From Eledone cirrhosa (taxonomy: Eukaryota), in assembly GCA_964016885.1 (NCBI GenBank), contig OZ024744.1, positions 132,122,001-132,186,000 of the forward strand: 64,000 bases of DNA, given 5' to 3'. The notes under the pieces are model-generated. The model had not been told where the DNA came from. It worked only from the letters and a program-made list of their open reading frames with translations, and did not search any database. The position numbers and the translations under genes are program-made. Below are positions 1 through 10,061 of the stretch, piece by piece. The first letter of the stretch is position 1, and each line of letters begins with the position of its first letter.

Positions 1-2116
1 GGGTGTACGTTAAGTTGGGGTTGACTGAAGTTGGGGTTAAGTTAAGTTGGGGTTAAGTTAAGTTAGGGTTAATTTAAGTTGGGGTTATGTTAAGTTGGGG
101 TTAAGTTAAGTTGGGGTTAAGTAGAGTTGGGGTTAATTTAAGTTGGGGTTAAGTTAAGTTGGTGTTAAGTTGGGGTTAATTTAAGTGGTGGTTATGTTAA
201 GTTGGGGTTAAGTTAAGTTGGGGTTAATTTAAATTGGGGTTAAGTTAACTTTGTGGTTAAGTTAAGTTGGAGTTAAGTTAAGTTGGAGTTAAGTTAAGTT
301 GGGGTTGAGTGAAGTTGGGGTTAAGTTAAGTTGGGGTTAACTTAAGTTGGGTTTGAGTTAAGTTGCGGTTAAGTTAAGTTGGGGTTAAGTTAAGTTGGGG
401 TTAAGTTAAGTCGGGGTTAATTTAAGTTGGGGTTAAGTTAAGTTGGGGTTAATTTAAGTTGGGGTTAAGTTAAGTTTAGGTTAAGTTAAGTTGGGGTTAA
501 ATTAAGTTGGGGTTAAGTTAAGTTGGGGTTAAGTTAAGTTGGGGTTAGGTTAAGTTGGGGATAAGTTAAGTTGGGGATAAGTTAAGTTGGGGTTAAGTTA
601 AGTTGGGTTTAAGTTAAGTTGGGGTTAAGTTAAGTTGGGGTTTAATTAAGTTGGGGTTGAGTTAAGTTGGGGTTGACTTAAGTTGGGCTTAAGTTAAGTT
701 GGGGTTAAGTTAAGATGTGGTTAAGTTAAGTTGGGGTTAAGTTAAGTTGGGGTTAAATTAAGTTGGGGTTAAGTTAAGTTGGGGGTAAGGTAAGTTGGTG
801 GTAAGTTAAGTTGGGCGTAAGTTAAGATGGGGCTAAGTTAAGTTGGGGTTAAGTTAATTTGGGGTTAAGTTAAGTTAGGGTTAAGTTAAGTTGGGGTTGA
901 CTTAAGTTGGGGTTAAGTTAAGTTGGGGTTATGTTAAGTTGGGTTTAAGTTAAGTTGGGGTTAAGTTAAGTTGGGGTTAAGTTAAGTTGCGGTTAAGTTA
1001 AGTTGGGGTTAAGTTAAGTTGGGGTTAAGTTAAGTTGGGGTTAAGTTAAGTTGGGGTTAATTTAAGTTGGGGTTAAATTAAGTTGGGGTTAATTTAAGTT
1101 GGGGGTTAAGATAAGTTGGGGTTAAGTTAAGTTGGGGTTAAATTAAGTTGGGGTTAAGTTAAGTTGGGGTTAATTTAAGTTGGGGTTAAGTTAAGTTGGG
1201 GTTGAGTTAAGTTGGGGGTAAGTTAAGTTGGGGGTAAGTTAAGTTGGGTGTAAGTTAAGATGGGGTTAAGTTAAGTTGGGGTTAAGTTATTTTGGGGTTA
1301 AGTTAAGTTGGGGGTAAGTTAAGTTGGGGTTAATTTAAGTTGGGGATCAGTTAAATTGAGGTTAAGATAACTTGGGTTTGCGTTAAGATGGGGTTAAGTT
1401 AGGTTTGTCGAAAACCTTATATAATCATTTTTATTTAGGTTCTTCGAAACACCTTATATAATCAATTTTTTTAGGTTTTTCGAAAAACCTTATATAATCA
1501 ATTTTTTAATACTTTTAGAAATATTTATATCTGATTTCAAATATTGATTTTATTAGGTTTTTGGAATAATCAATTTTTTTTACGTTTTTCGAAAAATGTT
1601 ATATAATCAATTTTTTTTAGGTTTTTCGAATCAATTCAATTTTTATAATCAAATATTTTTAGGTTTTTAGAAAAACCTTATATAATCAAATTTTTTTAGG
1701 TTTTTCGAAAAACCTTATATAATTAATTTTTTTATACTTTTAGAAATATTTATATCTGATTTCAAATATTGGATTTTTTAGGTTTTTCGATAATCAATTT
1801 TTTTTAGATTTTTCGAAAAATCTTATATAATCAATTTTTTTACGTTTTTAGAAAGACCTTATATAATCAATTTTTTTATACTTTTAGAAATATTTATATC
1901 TGATTTCAAATATTGATTTTTTTTTTAGGTTTTTCGAAATACCTTATATAATCAATTTTTTTTAGGTTTTTCAAATTACTTTATATAATCAATTTTTTTT
2001 ATCTGATTTCAAATATTGATTTTTTTAGCTTTTTCGACAAAATCTTATATAATCAATTTTTTTTAGGTTTTTCGAAAAAGAATGAATTTGAGTTCATAGT
2101 CGAAATATATACTTCT

Positions 2117-2173
2117 GCATTAATCTTTTTACGTTTTTTTGATTTTTTTTAAAAAAACGTAAAAAATTAATGC
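2117..2173. repeat. Imperfect inverted repeat (hairpin) in the core of the AT block; two copies in every AT block
   Basis: GCATTAATCTTTTTACGTTTTTTT-gatttttttt-AAAAAAACGTAAAAAATTAATGC: arms of ~23 bp with one bulged base. Confidence 0.9.
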
Positions 2174-2641
2174 TTTTACAAATCTTTTGAAATATTTACT
2201 TTCTAGTTTCAAATTTTGCAGATTAAATTTTTCTCGAAAAACCTAAAAAATCAGTTGTCGAAATCAGAAGTTAATATTTCGAAAAACGCAATTTGAAAAA
2301 CTCATATTAATTTTTTTTCGAAAACTTATTATATAATCAATTTTTTTTTAGGTTTTTCGAAAAAACCTTATATAATCAATTCTTTTTAGGTTTTTTCGAA
2401 AAATCTTATATAATCAATTTTTTTACGTTTTTAGAAAAACCTTATATAATCAATTTTTTTTAGATTTTTCAAAAAACCTTATATAATCAATTTTTTTTAG
2501 GTTTTTCGAAAAACCTTATATAATCAATTTTTTTTGTTTTTTTGAAAAATCTTATATAATCAATTTTTTTACGTTTTTAGAAATATTTATATCTGATTTC
2601 AAATATTGATTTTTTTTAGGTTTTTCGAATTACCTTATATA

Positions 2642-2705
2642 ATCAATTTTTTTTAGGTTTTTCAAATTACCATAAGGTAATTTGAAAAACCTAAAAAAAA
2701 TTGAT
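2642..2705. repeat. Perfect 30-bp-arm inverted repeat with 4-nt loop, unique to block A1
   Basis: ATCAATTTTTTTTAGGTTTTTCAAATTACC-ataa-GGTAATTTGAAAAACCTAAAAAAAATTGAT; arms checked base by base. Confidence 0.93.
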
Positions 2706-3404
2706 CTGATTTCAAACATTGATTTTTTTAGCTTTTTCGACAAAATCTTATATAATCAATTTTCTTTAGGTTTTTCGAAAAAGAATGAATTTGAGTTCAT
2801 AGTCGAAATATATACTTCTGCATTAATCTTTTTACGTTTTTTTGAAAAAATTAATGCTTTTACAAATCTTTTGAAATATTTACTTTCTAGTTTCAAATTT
2901 TGCAGATTAAATTTTTCTCGAAAAACCTAAAAAATCAGTTGTCGAAATCAGAAGTTAATATTTCGTAAAACGCAATTTGAAAAACTCATATTAATTTTTT
3001 TTCGAAAACTTATTATATAATCAATTTTTTTATACTTTTAGAAATATTTATATCTGATTTCAAATATTGATTTTTTTAGGTTTTTCGAAAACCCTATATA
3101 ATCAATTTTTTTGTACTTTTAGAAATATCTATATCTGATTTCATGTATTGATTTTTTTATATTTTTCGAAAAAGCTTAGATAATCAATTTTTTTAGGTCT
3201 TTCGAAAACCTTATATAATCAATTTTTTTTTAGGTTTTTCGAAAAAACCTTATATAATCAATTTTTTTTAGGTTTTTTCGAAAAATCTTATATAATCAAT
3301 TTTTTTACGTTTTTAGAAATATTTATATCTGATTTCAAATATTGATTTTTTTTAGATTTTTCGAAATACCTTATATAATCAATTTTTTTTAGGTTTTTCA
3401 AATT

Positions 3405-3598
3405 ACCCCGACTTAACCCCGACTTAACTTAACCCCAACTTAACTTAACCCCAACTTAACTTAACCCCAACTTAACTTAACCCCAACTTGACTTAACCCC
3501 AACATAACTCACACCCAACTTAACTTACCCCCAAATTAACTTAACCCCAACTTGACTTAACCCCAACTTAACTTAACCCCAACTTAACTTAACGCCAA
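3405..3598 (-). repeat. Inverted (C-strand) 16-bp satellite tract fused to the end of AT block A1
   Basis: AACTTAACTTAACCCC repeats, ending at ...GCCAAAGTCGGAG. Confidence 0.93.
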
Positions 3599-6431
3599 AG
3601 TCGGAGTTAAGTTAAGTTGGGGTTAAGCTAAGTTGGGGGTAAGTTAAGTTGGGGGTAAGTTAAATTGGGGTTAAGTTAAGTTGGGGTTAAGTTAGGGTTA
3701 AGTTAAGTTGGGTATAAGTTAAGTTGGGGTTGAGTGAAGTTGGGGTTAAGTTAAGTTGGGGTTAAGTTAAGTTAGGGTTAATTTAAGTTGGGGTTAAGTT
3801 AAGTTGGGGTTAACTTAAGTTGGGGTTAAGTTAAGTTGGGGCTAATTTAGGTTGGGGTTAAGTTAAGTTGGGGTTAAGATAAGTTGGGGTTAAGTTAAAT
3901 TGAGATTAAGTTAACTTGGGTTTGAGTTAAGTTGGGGATAAGTTAAGTGGTGGTTATGTTAAGTTGGGGTTAAGTTAAGTTGGGGTTAAATTAAGTTGGG
4001 GTTAAGTTAAGTTGGGTGTAAGTTAAGTTGGGGTTGAGTGAAGTTGGGGTTAAGTTAAGTTGGGGTTAAGTAGAGTTGGGGTTAAGTTAAGTTGGGGTTA
4101 AGTTAAGTTGGTGTTAAGTTGGGGTTAAGTTAAGTTGGGGTTAAGTTAAGTTTGGGTTGAGTGAAGTTGGGGTTAAGTTAAGTTGGGGTTAAATTAAGTT
4201 GGGGTTAACTTAAGTTGGGTTTAAGTTAAGTTGCGGTTAAGTTAAGTTGGGGTTAAGTTAAGTTGGGGTTAAGTTAAGTTGGGGTTAAGTTAAGTTGGGG
4301 TTGAGTTAAGTTGGGGTTATTTTAAGTTGAGGTTATGTTAAGTTGGGGTTAATTTAAGTTGGGGTTAAGTTAAGTTGGGATTAATTTAAGTTGGGGTTAA
4401 GTTCAGTTGGGTTTAAGTTAAGTTGCGGTTAAGTTAAGTTGGGGTTAAGTTAAGTTGGGGTTAAGTTAAGTCGGGGTTAAGTTAAGTTGGGGTTGAGTTA
4501 AGTTGGGGTTAATTTAAGTTGAGGTTATGTTAAGTTGGGGTTAATTTAAGTTGGGGTTAAGTTAAGTTGGGGTTAAGTTAAGTTGGGGTTAATTTAAGTT
4601 GGGGTTAAGTTCAGTTGGGGTTAATTTAAGTTGGGGTTAAGTTAAGTTGGGTTTAAGTTAAGTTGGGGTTAAATTAAGTTGGGGTTAAATTAAGTTGGGG
4701 TTAAGTTAAGTTGGGTTAGGTTAAGTTGGGGATAAGTTAAGTTGGGGATAAGCTAAGTTGGGGTTAAGTTAAGTTGGGTTTAAGTTAAGTTGGGGTTAAG
4801 TTAAGTCGGGGTTATGTTAAGTCGGTGTTAAGTTAAGTTAGGGTTAAGTTAAGTTGGGGTTAAGTTAAGTTGGGGTTGAGTTAAGTTGGGGTTGAGTTAA
4901 ATTGGGGTTGAGTTAAGTTGGGGTTAAGTTAAGTTGGGGTTAAGTTAAGTTGGGGTTAAGTTAAGTTGGGGTTGAGTTAAGTTGGGGTTACTTCAAGTTG
5001 GGGCTAAGTTAAGTTGGGGCTGAGTTAAGTTGGGTGTACGTTAAGTTGGGGTTGACTGAAGTTGGGGTTAAGTTAAGTTGGGGTTAAGTTAAGTTAGGGT
5101 TAATTTAAGTTGGGGTTATGTTAAGTTGGGGTTAAGTTAAGTTGGGGTTAAGTAGAGTTGGGGTTAATTTAAGTTGGGGTTAAGTTAAGTTGGTGTTAAG
5201 TTGGGGTTAATTTAAGTGGTGGTTATGTTAAGTTGGGGTTAAGTTAAGTTGGGGTTAATTTAAATTGGGGTTAAGTTAACTTTGTGGTTAAGTTAAGTTG
5301 GAGTTAAGTTAAGTTGGAGTTAAGTTAAGTTGGGGTTGAGTGAAGTTGGGGTTAAGTTAAGTTGGGGTTAACTTAAGTTGGGTTTGAGTTAAGTTGCGGT
5401 TAAGTTAAGTTGGGGTTAAGTTAAGTTGGGGTTAAGTTAAGTCGGGGTTAATTTAAGTTGGGGTTAAGTTAAGTTGGGGTTAATTTAAGTTGGGTTTAAG
5501 TTAAGTTTAGGTTAAGTTAAGTTGGGGTTAAATTAAGTTGGGGTTAAGTTAAGTTGGGGTTAAGTTAAGTTGGGGTTAGGTTAAGTTGGGGATAAGTTAA
5601 GTTGGGGATAAGTTAAGTTGGGGTTAAGTTAAGTTGGGTTTAAGTTAAGTTGGGGTTAAGTTAAGTTGGGGTTTAATTAAGTTGGGGTTGAGTTAAGTTG
5701 GGGTTGACTTAAGTTGGGCTTAAGTTAAGTTGGGGTTAAGTTAAGATGTGGTTAAGTTAAGTTGGGGTTAAGTTAAGTTGGGGTTAAATTAAGTTGGGGT
5801 TAAGTTAAGTTGGGGGTAAGGTAAGTTGGTGGTAAGTTAAGTTGGGCGTAAGTTAAGATGGGGCTAAGTTAAGTTGGGGTTAAGTTAATTTGGGGTTAAG
5901 TTAAGTTAGGGTTAAGTTAAGTTGGGGTTGACTTAAGTTGGGGTTAAGTTAAGTTGGGGTTATGTTAAGTTGGGTTTAAGTTAAGTTGGGGTTAAGTTAA
6001 GTTGGGGTTAAGTTAAGTTGCGGTTAAGTTAAGTTGGGGTTAAGTTAAGTTGGGGTTAAGTTAAGTTGGGGTTAAGTTAAGTTGGGGTTAATTTAAGTTG
6101 GGGTTAAATTAAGTTGGGGTTAATTTAAGTTGGGGGTTAAGATAAGTTGGGGTTAAGTTAAGTTGGGGTTAAATTAAGTTGGGGTTAAGTTAAGTTGGGG
6201 TTAATTTAAGTTGGGGTTAAGTTAAGTTGGGGTTGAGTTAAGTTGGGGGTAAGTTAAGTTGGGGGTAAGTTAAGTTGGGTGTAAATTAAGATGGGGTTAA
6301 GTTAAGTTGGGGTTAAGTTATTTTGGGGTTAAGTTAAGTTGGGGGTAAGTTAAGTTGGGGTTAATTTAAGTTGGGGATCAGTTAAATTGAGGTTAAGATA
6401 ACTTGGGTTTGCGTTAAGATGGGGTTAAGTT

Positions 6432-8049
6432 AGGTTTGTCGAAAACCTTATATAATCATTTTTATTTAGGTTCTTCGAAACACCTTATATAATCAATTTT
6501 TTTAGGTTTTTCGAAAAACCTTATATAATCAATTTTTTAATACTTTTAGAAATATTTATATCTGATTTCAAATATTGATTTTATTAGGTTTTTGGAATAA
6601 TCAATTTTTTTTACGTTTTTCGAAAAATGTTATATAATCAATTTTTTTTAGGTTTTTCGAATCAATTCAATTTTTATAATCAAATATTTTTAGGTTTTTA
6701 GAAAAACCTTATATAATCAAATTTTTTTAGGTTTTTCGAAAAACCTTATATAATTAATTTTTTTATACTTTTAGAAATATTTATATCTGATTTCAAATAT
6801 TGGATTTTTTAGGTTTTTCGATAATCAATTTTTTTTAGATTTTTCGAAAAATCTTATATAATCAATTTTTTTACGTTTTTAGAAAGACCTTATATAATCA
6901 ATTTTTTTATACTTTTAGAAATATTTATATCTGATTTCAAATATTGATTTTTTTTTTAGGTTTTTCGAAATACCTTATATAATCAATTTTTTTTAGGTTT
7001 TTCAAATTACTTTATATAATCAATTTTTTTTATCTGATTTCAAATATTGATTTTTTTAGCTTTTTCGACAAAATCTTATATAATCAATTTTTTTTAGGTT
7101 TTTCGAAAAAGAATGAATTTGAGTTCATAGTCGAAATATATACTTCTGCATTAATCTTTTTACGTTTTTTTGATTTTTTTTAAAAAAACGTAAAAAATTA
7201 ATGCTTTTACAAATCTTTTGAAATATTTACTTTCTAGTTTCAAATTTTGCACATTAAATTTTTCTCGAAAAACCTAAAAAATCAGTTGTCGAAATCAGAA
7301 GTTAATATTTCGAAAAACGCAATTTGAAAAACTCATATTAATTTTTTTTCGAAAACATTATATAATCAATTTTTTAGAAATATTTATATCTGATTTCAAA
7401 TATTGATTTTTTTAGGTTTTTCGAAAACCCTATATAATCAATTTTTTTGTACTTTTAGAAATATCTATATCTGATTTCATGTATTGATTTTTTTATATTT
7501 TTCGAAAAAGCTTAGATAATCAATTTTTTTAGGTCTTTCGAAAACATTATATAATCAATTTTTTTTTAGGTTTTTCGAAAAAACCTTATATAATCAATTT
7601 TTTTTAGGTTTTTCAAATATTGATTTTTTTTAGCTTTTTCGACAAAATCTTATATAATCAATTTTTTTTAGGTTTTTCGAAAAAGAATGAATTTGAGTTC
7701 ATAGTCGAAATATATACTTCTGCATTAATCTTTTTACGTTTTTTTGATTTTTTTTAAAAAAACGTAAAAAATTAATGCTTTTACAAATCTTTTGAAATAT
7801 TTACTTTCTAGTTTCAAATTTTGCAGATTAAATTTTTCTCGAAAAACCTAAAAAATCAGTTGTCGAAATCAGAAGTTAATATTTCGTAAAACGCAATTTG
7901 AAAAACTCATATTAATTTTTTTTCGAAAACTTATTATATAATCAATTTTTTTATACTTTTAGAAATATTTATATCTGATTTCAAATATTGATTTTTTTAG
8001 GTTTTTCGAAAACCCTATATAATCAATTTTTTTTAGGTTTTTCAAAAAA
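6432..8049. repeat. AT-rich block A2
   Basis: Same 5' junction and monomers as A1 at offset 5031. Ends TTCAAAAAAG|TTACGTTGGGG. Confidence 0.95.
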
Positions 8050-8760
8050 GTTACGTTGGGGTTAAGTTAAGTTGGGGTTAAGTTGAGGTTAAGTTAAGTT
8101 GTGGTTAAGTTAAGTTGGGGCTAAGTTAAGTTGGGGCTAAGTTAAGTTGGGGTTAAGTTAAGTTGGGGTTAATTTAAGTTGGGGTTAGGTTAAGTTGGGG
8201 ATAAGTTAAGTTGGGGATAAGTTAAGTTGGGGTTAAGTTAAGTTGGGTTTAAGTTAAGCTGGGGTTAAGTTAAGTTGGGGTTAAATTAAGTTGGGGTTAA
8301 GTTAAGTTTGGGTTAGGTTAAGTTGGGGATAAGTTAAGTTGGGGATAAGTTAAGTTGGGGTTAAGTTAAGTTGGGTTTAAGTTAAGTTGGGGTTAAGTTA
8401 AGTTGGGGTTAAGTTAAGTTGGGGTTAAGTTAAGTTGCGGTTAGTTAAGTTGAGTTTAAGTTAAGTTGGGGTTAATTTAAGTTGGGGTTAAGTTAAGTTG
8501 GGGTTCAGTTAAGTTGGGGTTAAGTCAAGTTGGGGTTAAGTTAAGTTGGGGTTAAGTTAAGTTGGGGTTAGGTTAAGTTGGGGATAATTTAAGTTGGGGA
8601 TAAGCTAAGTTGGGGTTAAGTTAAGTTGGGTTTAAGTTAAGTTGGGGTTAAGTTAAGTTGGGGTTAAATTAAGTTGGGGTTAAGTTAAGCTGGGGTTAAA
8701 TTAAGTTGGGGTTATGTTAAGTTGGGGTTAAGTTAAGTTGGGGTTAGTTTAAGTGGGGTT

Positions 8761-9105
8761 AACCCCAACTTAACTTAACCCCAACTTAACTTAACCCCAA
8801 CTTCACTCAACCCCAACTTAAATTAACCCCAACTTCACTCAACCCCAACTTAACTCAACCCCAACTTAAATTAACCCCAACTTAAATTAACCCTGACTTA
8901 ACTTAACCCCGACTTAACTTAACCCCGACTTAACTTAACCCCAACTTAACTTAAACCCCAACTTAACTTAACCCCAACTTAACTTAACCCCAACTTGACT
9001 TAACCCCAACTTAACTCACACCCAACTTAGCTTACCCCCAACTTAACTTAACCACAACTTGACGTAAACCCAACTTAACTTAACCCCAACTTAACTTAAC
9101 CCCAA
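8761..9105 (-). repeat. Inverted satellite tract, subtype I (~345 bp)
   Basis: Starts at GGGGTT|AACCCC, contains the GACGTAAA variant and ends CCCCAAAGTCGGAGTTCAG. Confidence 0.93.
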
Positions 9106-9764
9106 AGTCGGAGTTCAGTTAAGTTGGGGTTCAGTTAAGTTAGGCTTAACTTAAGTTGGGGTTAAGTTAAGTTGGGGGTAAGTTAAGTTGGGGGTAAGTT
9201 AAGTTGGGGTTAAGTTAAGTTGGGGTTAAGTTGGGGTTAAGTTAAGTTAGGGTTAAGTTAAGTTGGGATTGAGTTAAGTTGGGGTTAAGTTAAGTGGTGG
9301 TTATGTTAAGTTGGGGTTAAGTTAAGTTGGGGTTAAATTAAGTGGGGTTAACTTAAGTTGGGTGTAAGTTAAGTTGGGGTTGAGTGAAGTTGGGGTTAAG
9401 TTAAGTTGGGGTTAAGTTAAGTTAGGGTTAATTTAAGTTGGGGTTATGTTAAGTTGGTGTTAAGTTAAGTTGGGGTTAAGTCGAGTTGGGGTTAAGTTAA
9501 GTTGGGGTTAAGTTAAATTGGTGTTAAGTTAAGTTGGGGTTAAGTTAAGTTGGGGTTAGTTAAGTTGAGTTTAAGTTAAGTTGGGGTTAATTTAAGTTGG
9601 GGTTAAGTTAAGTTGGGGTTCAGTTAAGATGGGGTTAAGTTAAGTTGGGGTTGAGTTAAGTTGTGGTTAAGTTAAGTTGGGGTTAGGTTAAGTTGGGGTT
9701 AAGTTAAGCTGGGGTTAAATTAAGTTGGGGTTAAGTTAAGTTGGGGTTAGGTTAAGTTGGGGTT

Positions 9765-10061
9765 AACCCCAACTTAACTTAACCCCAACTTAACTTAACC
9801 CCAACTTCACTCAACCCCAACTTAACTTAACCCCAACTTCACTCAACCCCAACTTAACTCAACCCCAACTTAACTTAACCCCAACTTAACTTAACCCTAA
9901 CTTAACTTAACCCCGACTTAAACTTAACCCCGACTTAACTTAACCCCAACTTAACTTAACCCCAACTTAACTTAACCCCAACTTAACTTAATCCCAACTT
10001 GACTTAACCCCAACTTAACTCACACCCAACTTAACTTACCCCCAACTTAACTTAACCCCAA
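9765..10061 (-). repeat. Inverted satellite tract, subtype II (~297 bp)
   Basis: Starts at GGGGTT|AACCCC, contains the CTTAAACTT variant and ends CCCCAAAGTCGGAGTTAAG. Confidence 0.93.

Larger units (their letters stand above)
1401..3404. repeat. AT-rich block A1 (~37-bp palindromic monomer, ~45-bp monomer, duplicated core)
   Basis: Tandem AGGTTTTTCGAAAAACCTTATATAATCAATTTTTTTT and TACTTTTAGAAATATTTATATCTGATTTCAAATATTGATTTTTT units. The core AATGAATTTGAGTTCATAG... occurs at ~2081 and ~2784. Confidence 0.95.

Noticed and set aside
1-1400. piggyBac TTAA target-site array or insertions
   Set aside because: TTAA is intrinsic to the monomer, and no TTAA-flanked insertion with terminal inverted repeats is seen.
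1415-1428. TATA-box-like TATATAA and poly-T terminator-like motifs
   Set aside because: They are part of every AT monomer and have no associated gene, so they cannot be supported as regulatory sites.
1401-2080. CRISPR-like array (~37-bp palindromic repeats)
   Set aside because: The repeats are head-to-tail with no unique spacers, are degenerate, and there are no cas genes.
2682-2930. 82-aa ORF (MKNLKKIDLIS...)
   Set aside because: It has a TTG start inside the copy-specific template-switch palindrome and runs through satellite monomers and a copy-specific deletion. Its F/K/I/N-rich composition simply reflects AT-rich DNA, and it is not called in the other 11 homologous core copies.
1401-3404. 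Mitochondrial control region or organellar insertion
   Set aside because: It is AT-rich with hairpins, but no tRNA, rRNA or gene fragments are visible and the content is explained by short tandem monomers.
8750-8772. Inversions as sequencing fold-back chimeras
   Set aside because: The arms do not mirror each other's variants. The cassettes have fixed lengths, a shared end scar and subtype-specific SNPs replicated in many copies. Raw-read confirmation is still desirable.
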